This document shows, piece after piece, positions 51,895 through 64,000 of a DNA stretch of 64,000 nt (the stretch's first letter is position 1; each line of letters begins with the position of its first letter). The DNA lies in assembly GCF_030028105.1 (NCBI RefSeq), contig NC_092379.1, positions 27,273,821 to 27,337,820 on the forward strand. Reading direction: 5' to 3'. The notes under the pieces are model-generated. The model did no database searches. It was given only the letters and a program-made list of their open reading frames with translations, and was not told where the DNA came from. This DNA comes from Mobula birostris. Its lineage: Eukaryota. The position numbers and the translations under genes are program-made.

Positions 51895-52566
51895 CAGACC
51901 CCCGAACGCTGCCTCACAGGTAGATAGGGTAGTTAAGAAAGCTTATGATGTGTTAGTTTTCATAATTCGAGGAATAGAGTTTAAGAGTCGCGGGGAAATG
52001 ATGCAGCTCTATTAAACTCGGTAGGCCACACTTGGTGTACTGCGTCCACTTGTGGTCGCCTCACTATTGGAAGGATGTCGAAGCATTGAAAAGTGTACAG
52101 AGGAGATTTACCAGGCTATTGCCTGGTTTAGAAAGTATGCATTATGATCAGAGATTCAGTGAACTAGTGCTTTACTCTCTGGGGAAAAGGAGAATGAGAG
52201 GAGACATGATAGAGGGTAACAAGATATTAAGAGAATTATAGAGTGGACAGACAGCGCCTCTTACCCAGGGCAGCACTGCTCAATACAAGAGGACATTGTT
52301 TAAAGTTAAGTGGTGGGAAGATCAAGGGGGATATTAGGGGAATATGTTTTACTCAGAGAGAGTTTGGTGTGTGGAATACATTGCCTGAGTCAATGGTGGA
52401 GGCAGTTACACGAGTGAAATTTCAGAGACTAGTAGACAGGTATACAGAATAATTTAAGGTTGGGGGGTTATATGGGAGACAGGGTTTAAGAGTCGCCACA
52501 ACATCGTGGGCCGAAAGGCTTATACTGTGCTTTGCTGCTCTATGTTCTATGTTCTATGTTCTATGT
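51895..52566 (+). mobile_element. CR1 LINE 3' fragment
   Basis: YCVHLWSPHY..VQRRFTRLLPGL..RRMRGDMIE and NTRGHCLKL; (tatgttc)n tail at 52541-52566. Confidence 0.88.
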
Positions 52567-53303
52567 TACCTGAACTTCAGATTCTTCTGAAGGGTGCGGA
52601 TATGGGCCGGCCACTGTTCCGCCGTAACCGTTGCCCGCTGCCCTCCACGAATAACTTTTTACGTTGGTGCGTTGAGCGTGATCCACTGAAGGTTGGAATT
52701 GTGATGTTTTTGTTGTGTATTCTGCTGCGCACTCACAAAATATCCGTATCGGTTACATGTAGGAGAAAATCGGTTTCAACCACGATATGGCATGTCAGTC
52801 ATCACTCAAGGAACCAAGGATTATATTCAATTACTATTTTTTTTCAGTGTATTTGTCTCAAAGATCAGAATATACCTTCGTCAACATCTGTAAAATACCT
52901 GAACTTGAATGGTTGTATAAATTGTTGTGTCACTTCAAATTCAAGGATCCCTGTCAGGAACTCCAGCTACTATATCTTTTTGAATTCCCTGAACAATGGC
53001 AGAGCATCCCGCAATCAGTTTATGCCATTAGCGGAAGTAACATAAATATCTCTCCTTGCTGTACATCAGAATAAGCTAAGCTTGTATTACTTCGAGATCC
53101 TATGATGCTGATAGTCAAAGAAAAAAAAAGGCAGGGTTATTATTAAACCGGCGAAGTCTATGCAAATGTCTGTGTTAATGCGCACGTTTATCCATTTTGT
53201 TTCACACTCGCTTTTTTTTTTATTGTACTGGGATTGATGTGCTACTTTGTAGCGTCGCCCATAGTACAGAAAAGCATCTATTTCTCAAACGAAAGGACAT
53301 GTT

Positions 53304-54480
53304 TGTCATGGTCCGGTCCTTGAAGTCCGTATTCCGGTTCGCGGTCCCGTCCATCTACACTTGCTCCAGGTATTCCTCTCTACCCTATTTCTTTTCTTGT
53401 TGAGCTCTATTGAGGCAGCTGATGCTCGTTGGGGCTGGCTGCATAAATACCTTCAGAGACTAGGGCGTGGCTTCTGGATTGTTCTTGTCTTTACTCCTTG
53501 TATCCTTTCCTCTGCCTTTTGTTTCCTCGCCTGAGGCCTTGCCTTTTCTTGCCAGTAACTCCTGCCTCGCCTGAAGTTCTTGTTTTGCCTGCATTGCCTG
53601 AAGCCTTGCCTTGTTTTGCTGGCAATCCTTGCCTTGTCGCCTGGTAACTCTCGCCTCGTCTCGCCTGCAGTCTTGTCCTGGAGCCACCCCATACCCAGCT
53701 CCCTTCCTGTCCCTTGCCTCCGTTGGGTAAGCCAGGCCATCTTACCGTTACCTACGGTTGGTTCTGTCCCTTCCTAACCTTTGCCTCCGTCGGGAAAGTC
53801 ACGCCGTATTGCCGTTAGCTGCGGTTGGTTCTGTCCCTTCCTGTCCCTTGCCTCCATCAGGTAGAGATCTGCGCCCTGCCCAGGAGTACCGCGCCCTACC
53901 CAGGAGTACCGCGCCCTACCCAGCAAGAGATTTCAGTCTCCTGCTTCCAGTCTCCAGCCTCGCTTCACCTGAAGTCTCCTGCCTCCAGCCTACAGCCTCG
54001 CCGCGCCTCAAGTCTCTAGCCTCTAGCCTCCAGCCTCCAGCCTCACCTTGCCTCAAGTCTCTACCCTCCTGCCTCCAGCCTCCAGGCTCACCTCGCTTCA
54101 AGTCTTTAGCCTCTAACCCCTACCCTCCTGCCAAGCCTCGCCTCAAGTCTCTAGCCTCCAGCCTCGTGCCAAGCCTCGCCTCGAGTGTCTAGCCTCTAGC
54201 CTCAAGCCGCAAGACTCCAGCCTCATCCTGCCTACCAGCCAAGCCTCGTCCTTGCGTAGTTCAACGGTCCAAGCCAGAGGCAAGAACCAGGTACTGGGTC
54301 CAAGCCAGTCTCTGACTTGGAGTCCAAGCCCGGGTTCCTTGCTCTCTCGTCCAGTCCTGTTCCAGGTTCCCGGTTTTCGTGTCCATGTCCTTACTCTCAC
54401 CCTGTGTCCTAGTCCTATCCCTAGTCCTTCAGTGTCTGTGTGTTGCACTTTGGTCCGTTCCTACCCACCGCTTTATGACA
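53304..54480 (+). mobile_element. Solo-LTR-like element with internal tandem repeats
   Basis: Begins TGTCATGG and ends TTATGACA (TG..CA with a 6-bp inverted terminus). Internal ctcgcctcaagtctctagcctc arrays at ~53930-54250. Flanks atgtt and acgtc are not a perfect TSD. Confidence 0.75.
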
Positions 54481-54544
54481 ACGTCAGTGCTTACTGCGCA
54501 CTACTTTTAGTTTCAATTGCAACTACCATAAATAGTACCAGTTG

Positions 54545-55090
54545 ACTTTGTCTTCTATACAGGCAGACTCAAGTCTATTATCACTGGAATCTATGCTGAG
54601 ATTTGTTAATATTGCAGGAGCAGGTCAATGCAACATAGAAGAACGGGACAAAACAAATAAATTATTAATAATAATTCATGAATAAGTAAATCAATTACAG
54701 TATACTGACATTGACTGGATTAAAATCGTGCAAAACCAGAAATAATATATATTAAAAGCACAGTGAGGTAGCGTTAGGGGGTTCCATCTCCATTTAGGTA
54801 TGAGACGGCAGAGTGGAAAAAGCTGTGCCTGAATTCTTGAGTGCATGCCATCTGTACATCCTACCCGATCGTAGCAGTGAGGAAAGTGCATGCCCTGGGT
54901 GCTGGAGGACCTGAATAATTGACGCTGCCTTTCTGAAAACCAGTCCTGGAATATTTCCTGGGTACTTTCCAGGCTCGTACCCAAGATAGAGCTGCCTACA
55001 TTTAAAAACCTTTGCAGTTTCTTTCGGTCCTGTGCAGTAGCCCTCCGCCCCCACCCCCACCATACCAGACCGTGTTGCAGCCTGGCAGAA
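54545..55090 (-). mobile_element. Rex1/Babar-like LINE 3' fragment
   Basis: FRKAASIIQVLQHPGHALSSLLRSGR (ORF 54794..55063); similar to 19260-19450. Confidence 0.7.
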
Positions 55091-57080
55091 AATTATAGCC
55101 TGTCCGTTATATTATTTTGCCCAATTTTGCGCAGGACACAATTTGACATTGCACAATAAATATACTTACTCATCCTTCAGAATATGTTCAAACAGAAAAG
55201 AAAGGTTCGACACCTGGTTCAAAGCAGACATATTAAATTGTCATTTACCTGTCTGTTTTAGTAACACTATCTGTTACTTTGTCTTAACAACACAAACTCC
55301 TTCACTTGGTTCGAGATACCAGCTCTTCACGTGAACCCAGAACGTGATTTGATGTGAAAAGTTCACCGAATCAGGAACGAGGACTTTGCTTTGAAATTCT
55401 GAATCGCTGCTGATGTTTCTGGTGGTCATCTTATGATGTACATTCTTACTCACTTATTTTCCGTGGTTCACTACATGGTGCTTTGAGATGTGCGTAACTG
55501 TTTTGCGATAGGTCGTGCCATACACATTTTTCTCCCTTAACGTATCAACTATTGCAATCTCCTCAAATCATTTTATTCATCTGGTCCACAGAGGTTTACG
55601 TCTCAGAATCGACAGAGTGCACTGTATCAAAAGTATATGTGCACATGAATTGATGATTATAATTTAAGAACTTGGCTAACTATTGTTAATTCACCTCAGA
55701 TTAAAAGGCGGGTAGAGAAAGAAAATAAAATTACATGGTTTTAGCTTTGTTCCTGCATTGAAACTAACCAACTGTGCAAAAATACACCTGACACGCATTT
55801 AGAGTCCTCACTCGTGCTTCATTGGTTGCTATTGCTCTAATTTACCTTTCTCGTTCTCTAAACTTCCGATGTTAGTGCTTGACCATGATTTAGTTCATAA
55901 TAAAAATGATTGTCGGAATCATGAAGGCCATTCATCATATCTCATGAGCTGTTGTCGTGGTCTCTCCTGCAACTACAGACAAACACTCTCAACATTCGTT
56001 TACTCTATCTGTGGACATGTTAACGTTTGGAACGAGTGGTGATTGTGAATTGAATCTTAGGATGAAAGAAAGACACCTGCGCCACTGTCTGTCTGCTTCA
56101 GAGGTTTAGAGCGTGATCTAATTTGGCGAATTAAATTACTATCCGCAGCCGACCAAACTGCTTTTCCCAATGCCCTTACACATTTAAATCCCACAATACA
56201 ATTCTGTCATTCCCCATTTTCTATGGCTTTTCCAGCTCCATTTGAAATCTTAACTAACATCCAAGTTTCTATATTTAGGCCTATATATAATTCCCATAAG
56301 ATTTTATTTTCTTCTTACCGCTTGCAATTTTTTAACCACTCACGAAGATTCAACATTCTCCGATCCTATTGAGCTATTTCCAAAGATGTAATTATGAATC
56401 CTACCAACAGAAACACACTACCCCCAATGTTTTCCCTTCTGTCCTTCCGATGCAGAGTATATCCTTTGATGTTCAGCTCCCAAATACAGCATTCTCTCGG
56501 CCACGACCCAGTGACGCCCACAATGTAATACCAACCAGGCTTTAATTACACCACGATTCGTAAACGATATTCAGAAGGCTATGTGCATTGAAATACAGAA
56601 TCTTCAATCCTGCATTTTTCGCCCTTTGGATTGTCGCCTCTGTGGTAGAAATTAACTTCTTTATTTTCTCTGCATTTATACCCAATCTTTGGTTTGTCTC
56701 TCATTACACTCATGTTGCACTCTTCATCAACTTATAAACCTTTGGCTCATCCTCAGCACAATCAACCTTGCTCAATCAGCTAATCGCTCTGCCAGATTAG
56801 GTTAAATCACCCCCAACAACTCCAGCAAATCTGTCCGCAGGAATATTGCCCCCACCAGATTCATGTGCAACCCATCCCTTTTCTGCGACTCCCCCCCGCC
56901 CAAAAATGTCCCAATTATTGAAAAATCTGCTTCCTTGCGTTCTGTTTCAAATCTTATCAACACGTTTATTTGCGACGTCATTCTAATTCCTATTCTCACT
57001 GTCACATAGCTCAGGCCATAACTCTAAGATTATTGCACTTGAGGTCCTGCTATTCAGCCTCCATTCGAACTCTCTATTTT

Positions 57081-58905
57081 TGTCGCAAATGGAGGCGTTG
57101 GGGACAGAACCAAGTGCAAGACACAGACACTGAAGTACAAGAAACAGGACTTGACTAGAGCAGGGACGTCACAGGATACAGCCAAGGAGCACAGACAAGA
57201 ACGCAGACTTTGGCTAGGACATGGACAAGACAGGGAACCCGGAGAGGAACTATGCACTAGGAACTTGAGCTTGGACTCCGAACCAGATACTGGACAAGTC
57301 CCATAACCTGGGTCTTGCCTCGGGCTCCTGCCCCAGAACCGGGCAAGAGCACGACATGACTAAACGACTGGACGTGGTTGGAGTCTAGAAGTTTAGGGCT
57401 GCAGGCTGGTGTCATGGTCTTGAGGCTTGAGGCTAGGGTCTTGGTCTTGAGGCTTGATGTCGGGGTCTTGGTCCTGAATCTAGAGGCTGGCGTCTTGGTC
57501 TTGAGGCTTGAGGCTTGGGTCTTCAGTCTTGAGGCTTCAGGCTGGGGTCTTGGTCTTGAGGTTGGAGGCTGAGGTCTTGATCATGAGTATTGAGGGTGGT
57601 GTTTGGTCTTGAGGCTTGAGGCTGGGCTCTTGGTCTTGAGGCTTGACGCTGGGGTCTTGGTCTTGAGGCTTGAGACTGGTGTCTTGGTCTTGATGCTTGA
57701 GGCTGGTGTCTTGTTCTCGAGTCTTGAGGCTGGTTCTTGGTCTTCAGGCCTGAGGCTGGGGTCTTGGTCTTGAGGCTTGTAGACAGGCTGGAGTCTTTGT
57801 CTTGAGGCGCGAGGCTCGGGTCTTGATCTTGAACCTTGGAGACAGGCTGCGGTCTTGGTCTTGAGCTGGAAGACAGGCTGGGGTCTTGGTTTTGAATGGG
57901 AGACAGGCTGGGGTCTTGGTCTTGAGCTGAGAGACAGGCTGGGCTCTTGGCCTTGAGCTGGAAGACACGCTAGGGTCTTGGTCTTGAGCTGGGAGACAGG
58001 CTGGGGACTTGAGTCTTGAGCTTGGAGACACGCTGGGGTTCGTGGCCTTGTGTTTCGGAGGCTGGAACTCGGAGATAGACTGGGGACTGTACATCAACCT
58101 GGAGCAGGGACGTATCCTTCGAAAAGCCGCGATTCATCTTTTTACACGACACCGATATGAGACTGGAGAGAACATCCACATGGAGCCGCTACTTATACAA
58201 GCCGGGACTCAACTTCATCCCAACACCAGGGTGGAGCAGGTCCCTCTGTCGGGTAACGGCAGAACTGCCGGACATTCCCAACAGAGACAAAGGCAAGAAA
58301 AGACAAGACAGGATATCACGCAGGACAACGGCAGAACGGCCTGACTTACCCCACGGTGGCTGGACAAGACAAGATAAATTCCCCGCAGGGCAACGGCAGA
58401 ACGATATGAATTATCCCATGCAGGCGAGGACAAGAGACAAACATCGAAGAACGACAGACTGTTCTATCTCTGCTTTGGGGTTGCTCTGAGTCGCAGTTAC
58501 GGCCAATGTTTCGGCTGGCTACGAAAACAGCCGGATCCCTACCTGACTAGGAGTTGTTGACGGCCAAGCAGCTGGCCTGGGAAACGGCCGAATCTATACC
58601 ACAAAGATTGCTCCGCCTGCCGACAGAAACGCTCCATGAAGCGATGGTTCTCCAACACGGTTTAAAGACGGCAAGTGACCGCTCTAAACTTCCACCGGCA
58701 GGTTGTTCCCAGGAAACCTTGACAAGACAAGCCAGCAGCTCACACTCAACCCCAAGGCTACTTATATTCCAAGTCCCAAGATGGGAATCTGGTGCCTATG
58801 ATTAACTCAACAAAGAAAACAAGGCACAGCTGGAAGCCCCGGAGTCCAAACTCCACAGACCAGACCGTGAATCGGAATGCGGACTTCACAGACCGGACCA
58901 TGACA
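57081..58905 (-). mobile_element. Solo-LTR-like element with perfect 5-bp TSD ATTTT
   Basis: Termini tgtcgc (57081) and catgaca (58905), with ATTTT at 57076-57080 and 58906-58910. The ends match both ends of 53304-54480. Internal 27-bp and 31-bp arrays at ~57400-58030. Confidence 0.85.
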
Positions 58906-60487
58906 ATTTTCTTTTTTCAGGACCACCTCCTTGATTCTTCTATGCATTTGATACCAATTTGTACCCCGCCTTCTGGCTGGTAAGCCTCCTTTTTCAGGAT
59001 ATTGTGGACGCGGCTAGAAACACGGAAGCCCCTGGCACTCCAGTGGCAAACTACCATCCACATTTTACTTTTGCTTCCATCTGTCCACCTGACTGTACTA
59101 ACCGCTATTACTGCTGTTATCCTCTTCAGTTCCATATCCTTCTGTGTCACAGAGCCAAGATCATTGCTAGAGGCCCAACAGCTGTTGCCTTCCTCCAGTT
59201 AGTTCGTTCCCCAAAAATTGATTATTTATTGTTGATGAGGGCGGCCACATGTGTGCTAACGACTATCTGTTGTTTCCTGTTCCCTCTCCTGACAGTTACA
59301 TAGTTATTTGTGTCCTGTAGAATTGATATGATACCTCCCTTTTGCTCCTGTATATAACTGTTTCACTTTCCCTAACAAACCGAAGATCATCGAACTACAA
59401 CTCTACTTCCCTTATACGGTCTCTAACGATCTGCTTTTCGATGCACCTCTGCAGATGTAGCCATCACAGCGCCGCTGGTGGTCTCATGAAAATCCCGCAT
59501 ATGACACCCAGAAGAGAAACCGGCTCTGTAGACATACCAGTATCTCAACAGCTAAATAAGAATTACCGAATGAAATGACATAGTCCCTCCCTAAATTCGA
59601 AGAAGCCTTTGTACACAGCTCATGGATATCTTCTGACTGTCTTATGACCATGATGTAATTGAGTATCTGATGAGCATGATGTAATGGTCTTGTGCAGGTC
59701 ACATGATGTCATTTACCCGCGATGTGAGATCACGTGATGGCATGTTCTCACCAGGTATTTAAAAGGAGACCCCCGGTGTGACGCAGTTAGTATTTTTCCA
59801 GTTGAGTTATAAGTTTAGTTCGTTATGTAATTCGTTAAATACTCCGTTATGCAACGTATTTGTCTTATGACGCAGTTTCGTTTTAAAGTAGATTTCTACT
59901 TTCTATTGTAGGTAGTATTGGAGAGTGAAGACCTTACCAAAGTACAGGAACTTGCAGAGTCGTGTAAAGCTGATATCGTTCTGCGGTATTGGAGAGGATC
60001 GACCCTTTATTGAATCATCCTTCAAGAAATAGTGACCTGCATCTGAAATATCCTCTGCTAAAGCAGGAAGGATTGTGCAGTGTCTATTCTGCAGTGGAAA
60101 ATGTCAGCTCCTTTGAACCTTTTTATTTCCGTCGTCGTCAATCCTGCGGACAAGGCAGATTCCGGCTGATATCAGCAGCAACGGCATTTCTTGAGGAATA
60201 ATTTACTTCTGGACAGTCTCTCCTAATTGACTGTATAAATATCTCGGACTTTCGAATTTACCATTCTTAGAACTGGTTTCGAATTTACCACTTTAAGAAC
60301 TGTTTTCCCATTTTTACTTTCAAGAACTGTTCCAGAGTTGCCGTACAGCAGTTAACTTCCGGTTAAATTAGTCGTTTGAATATTATTCGCTACTGTTCAT
60401 CAGAGTTTAATAAAGGTTTGGTTGTTTTTTTTATGTAAAACTTGTCTTAATTGATATACTCATTGTTTACCGTGACATGACATAACT

Positions 60488-60498
60488 TGGGGGCTCGT
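60488..60498 (+). promoter_or_regulatory. Primer-binding site complementary to the tRNA-Pro 3' end
   Basis: TGGGGGCTCGT a few bases after the LTR end; the canonical Pro PBS is TGGGGGCTCGTCCGGGAT. Confidence 0.75.
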
Positions 60499-60678
60499 AA
60501 GGATTATTCCGATTTTGAGCTTAAGTGCTTCATTAATTATCAACCTGATTTGGAAAAGGGCAAATGCCCGGTTCTTTTGTTTGATTGGTCTGTTGGTGGT
60601 ATTCGGCAGCAATGAACATTGACGATTATGGAATTGTCAGACCGGGAGTTTTTATCGAAGGCGAGAAAGGGTTATGTA

Positions 60679-60846
60679 ACACATATTAATGTTTCCGGTG
60701 AACGCAGGTAGCATCTATAGGAAAAGGTAATGTCGACGTTACCCTCTTCTTATAGATGCTGCCTGGCCTGCTGCGTTCACCCGCAACTTTTATGTGTGTG
60801 GCTTGAAATTCCAGCATCTGCAGATTTCCTCCTGTTTGCGTTTTTA
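60679..60846. mobile_element. SINE-like insertion (168 bp) with 13-bp TSD
   Basis: aaagggttatgta at 60666-60678 and 60847-60859. The body gatgctgcctggcctgctgcgttc..ttccagcatctgcag is also present at ~37720-37835. Confidence 0.8.
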
Positions 60847-62556
60847 AAAGGGTTATGTATCCGAGATTGCTGAAGGGTTGGATCTTAAAGAAATTACGAA
60901 GGTTACAACAAAGCCCGTAACTCAGAGAAAAATCGCGGAGCATTAAATAAATTTGGGACATTTTGATGACGATATGTTAGGTATGTTTCCAATGAGTAAA
61001 CCGGAGACGCCATTAGAGCATTTTAAAGTGGAAGCAGCGGCTAAAAAAACAAATAAACAGAGGGAGTTTGAGCTAGGGATGGAGAAAATTAAGGATGAAA
61101 ATCTGTGGTCTTGTTCTAGGAAACAGTTTGCTGCTAGTCGAGAGGTTACACTGGCTCCTCCATTTAATGAAACAGAAATAGACATATATTTCCAACATGT
61201 TGCAACGTTGGCTTCGAGTTAAGATTGGCAAAAAGAATAATGGCCAGTGATGTTACGAAGTATAACTACAGGAAAGGTACATCAAGTTCATACAGCTTTA
61301 ACTGCTAAGCAAGCACTTGTTTAGGATATTCTGAAGCAGCATATATTGAACGCGTTTGAAGTGGCCCAGAAGCTTATAGAGAAAGATTAAAACATTTCGA
61401 CAAATCTCTGAAAAAAAAACTTACGTGGAATTTGTCTATGAGAAATCTGTGTGTTTTGAGAGATCGTTTTCCTCTAAAAATGTAAATGGGGGGCAGGGGC
61501 GGATAATAATTTAAAGAGTTGCTTTTACTGGGGGAATTTAAAAGGAAAGGAACATTCTTGTTGAAGTGTGAACGTACTTAAATGGAATGGGCACTGGCAG
61601 TTTGCAGGGGTCTGCTGAATTAGTTGATCAGTGTGCTTTAATTCAGAAGAGTAAATTTTCTCCAGGTAGAACTTATTAAAGGAAAAATAGCACAGGGACT
61701 CAAGGTAAAGCAGAAGTTAAATCTGAAGTTAATGAGAAAGGTAAGAATGCAGAGAGGCATGTGAAGGAAAGACATTTTAGTCCTATTTGTAATTATTGTA
61801 AGAAACCTGGACGCGTAATGGCTAACTGTTTTCGATTGAAAAAGAAAGAGAAGGAAGCAGTCCCAAATGCTTGTGTGCAGCATATTGAAACACCTGTAAA
61901 TTCACAGAGTTCGATAAATACAAATGAAGCTTGTCAGAGTCCGACTAAGTGAAGAGGGAATATGAACATTTTATAACTGACGGATTTGTATCCTTGAAAG
62001 GGGGATCCACTCCTGTGCCAATGACAATCTTTAGCGATACTGGAGCTTCTCAATCAGTAATGGTAGACAGTGTTCAAAAGTTTAGTGATGCGTCTGAATT
62101 TGGTGAGGTAAAAATATATATAAGAGGAATTGGGAGTGCACTTCTGCCGGCACATTTTCATAAAGTAAATTTAAGGTCAGGGTTACTTACAGGGCCTGTT
62201 AAAGTAGGATTACATACCAGTTTACCCGTGAGTGATGTTTCTCTGTTGTTAGGGAATGACTTGGCTAATGGGCAAGTTTTCTTTTTTCCTGAAGTGCATT
62301 TGACAATAAAGCCTACCTCTGAGGAACCAAAGATAGATACTAACACAGATTTTCCCTGTGTTGTAACCCGAGATATGGTTAAAAATAGTGATGCGCGGGA
62401 TGAGGTTGATACCCATGACTGTTCAACTATTGATTTAAATTTTGAGGATGTGTCAGAAACTTTCTTACCTACATTTTTTGATCAAGATTATTGTAGTAAG
62501 TCTGACATGAAGATTTGATTTCTCTCGGAAGGAAATGACAGAAGAACAGAGTAGAG

Positions 62557-63727
62557 CAACGGTCCCCAACCACCGGGCCGCCAAGCATGCGCTACCAGGC
62601 CGCCAGGAAGCTATATGATTTGGCGAAATGAGTCAGCTGCACCGTCCCTCATTCCCTGTCACGGCCACTGTTGAGCTATTACGCATGCCAGGTTATTGCT
62701 AGTGCGTCATTCATTTCAGCGAAGAAGGAGATCAACTGCTCGAGCTTGCAAATGACGGCGGGCTGGAAAGAGTGTTTTACATAACATCTCTGACGGCATT
62801 CTGGATCAAAGTCAAGGCAAAAAATCCTGCGATAAACACGAAAGCACTGAAAACGTTGCTTCCATGTCCAACATAACTCTGCAATGAATGCAATGAAAAC
62901 TAAATTGAGGAATAGACTGGACACAAGCAACCCCCTTCGAATATCGCTGTCTCCCATCACTCCTCGATAGTACGGTCTTGTTACAGGGAAACAAGCCCAG
63001 GGCTCCCACTGATTCAGCGATATTGGTGTGTCGCAATGATTTTATATGTTCATACGGGGAAAATACGCGCTGCGTATTTACTATCCAAACGTTACTTAAA
63101 ATGTTATGATGTTATAACCATATAACAATTACAGCACGGAAACAGGCCATCTCGGCCTTTGTAGTCCGTGCCGAATGCTACACTCCCCTAGTCCCACCGA
63201 CCTGCACTCAGCCCATAACTCTCCATTCCTTTTATGTCCAGATACCGATCCAATTTTTCTTTGAATGATAATATCGAACCTGCCTTTACCACTTCTACTG
63301 AAAGTTTGTTCAACACTTACTTCAAACTCCCCTGATAATCGACATCACTATATTCACGCGAGGAAAATATGCGCTGTGTGCTTAATATTAAATGTGTTGG
63401 ATAAACCCTTTTAGAAAGGAAATTGAGTTTATTAGCCGATATTCCGGTTGTGATGAACACGCCCCCCCCCGAACAGAATCGCCAAACACGATTTGTAGAA
63501 AAAAAGCACACGCATGGCAAATCACGCATGCACACTGGTGCCCGCGCAAGGCTTCTGGGTCATTGTGGTCTTTTTCGGGGTAAACTCAGCGTGTTTGACT
63601 GCTACTCTTTCCGTTGGCAACGCTACCACCTCCCCCCCCCCCCCCCCCCACACACCGATCGGCCGGTCGGCAAGAATATTCTCAATATGAAACCGGTCCG
63701 CAGTGCGAGAAAGGGTGGGGTCTCCTG
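62557..63727 (+). mobile_element. Non-autonomous hAT (Buster/Charlie-type) DNA transposon with 8-bp TSD GAGTAGAG
   Basis: Degenerate TIRs caacggtccccaac and gggtggggtctcctg; TSD at 62549-62556 and 63728-63735 (nnnTAnnn pattern). Transposase C-terminus ALKTLLP..MKTKLRNRLD.SNPLRISLSPITPR..GKQAQGSH* at 62844-63012. Confidence 0.9.
63112..63320 (-). mobile_element. CR1 3' tail fragment nested in the hAT element
   Basis: ataaccatataac tail and acagcacggaaacaggcc..ctcagccc..tcc 3' UTR, similar to 24960-25090. Confidence 0.75.
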
Positions 63728-64000
63728 GAGTAGAGACTCTGAGATTATCCTATTAAAGGAACAGGCTCTTTCAGATAGTGAAATTGAGAAGGTGCCAACA
63801 GGATATTATTCTGAAAAGGGAGTATTAATTAGGAAGTGGAGATCACCTATAATTCCTGCAAGTGAAGAATGGGAAGTTAATCACCAGGTAGTAGTTCATA
63901 AAGATTATCGAAATGAGATTTTAACTATGGGTCAGAGTAAGCCTTCGGCTGGCCATCAAGGTGTAAAGAAAGCTATGAACAAGCTTTTTTAAATATTTTT

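Larger units (their letters stand above)
59460..64000 (+). mobile_element. Ty3/gypsy LTR retrotransposon, Gmr1-like domain order (5' LTR, PBS, gag, PR, IN); runs off the window end
   Basis: LTR ends ..gtgacatgaca at 60482 (LTR start approximate). Gag APPFNETEIDIYFQH, zinc knuckle CNYCKKPGRVMANC, protease FSDTGASQS, then IN N-terminus EILTMGQSKPSAGHQGVKK. Confidence 0.8.

Noticed and set aside
52506-53045. 179-aa plus-strand ORF
   Set aside because: It starts within a CR1 tail repeat, has no recognisable domain, and its composition is consistent with chance.
56040-56125. Minus-strand KPLKQTDSG, reminiscent of a V-domain F-strand lead-in
   Set aside because: No following YxC, no upstream V framework and no RSS.
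57400-58030. Regularly spaced repeats superficially like a CRISPR array
   Set aside because: These are contiguous degenerate tandem units without unique spacers, inside an LTR-like element in vertebrate DNA, with no cas genes.

Overview
Repeat-rich vertebrate genomic DNA with one assembly gap (N at 39733-39877). The repeat content is dominated by CR1 LINEs, with Rex1/Babar-like, L1, HERO-like, Ty3/gypsy, hAT and SINE-like elements. Together with the V-gene style, this suggests a cartilaginous fish, probably a ray (inference). The host-gene content is part of an antigen-receptor V-segment array, most similar to T-cell receptor alpha/delta V. Two apparently intact plus-strand V genes (leaders 27502-27547 and 47640-47685, V exons 28025-28328 and 47887-48193) each end in a 23-bp-spacer RSS and lie in a segmental duplication. 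Two minus-strand V pseudogenes of a second family (36975-38522, split by a ~1.1 kb insertion, and 40711-41144) lie between them. I found no convincing D, J or C segment. Notable TE content includes a decayed retroviral gag-pro-pol (~5045-7310), a HERO-like RLE LINE (~3020-5040), a gypsy element with integrase directly after protease (Gmr1-like order, from ~59460), and a family of large solo-LTR-like elements carrying different internal minisatellites. No prokaryotic features (CRISPR, operons, rRNA/tRNA genes) are supported. All alignments and translations were done by eye, and TE boundaries are approximate unless a TSD or terminus is quoted.
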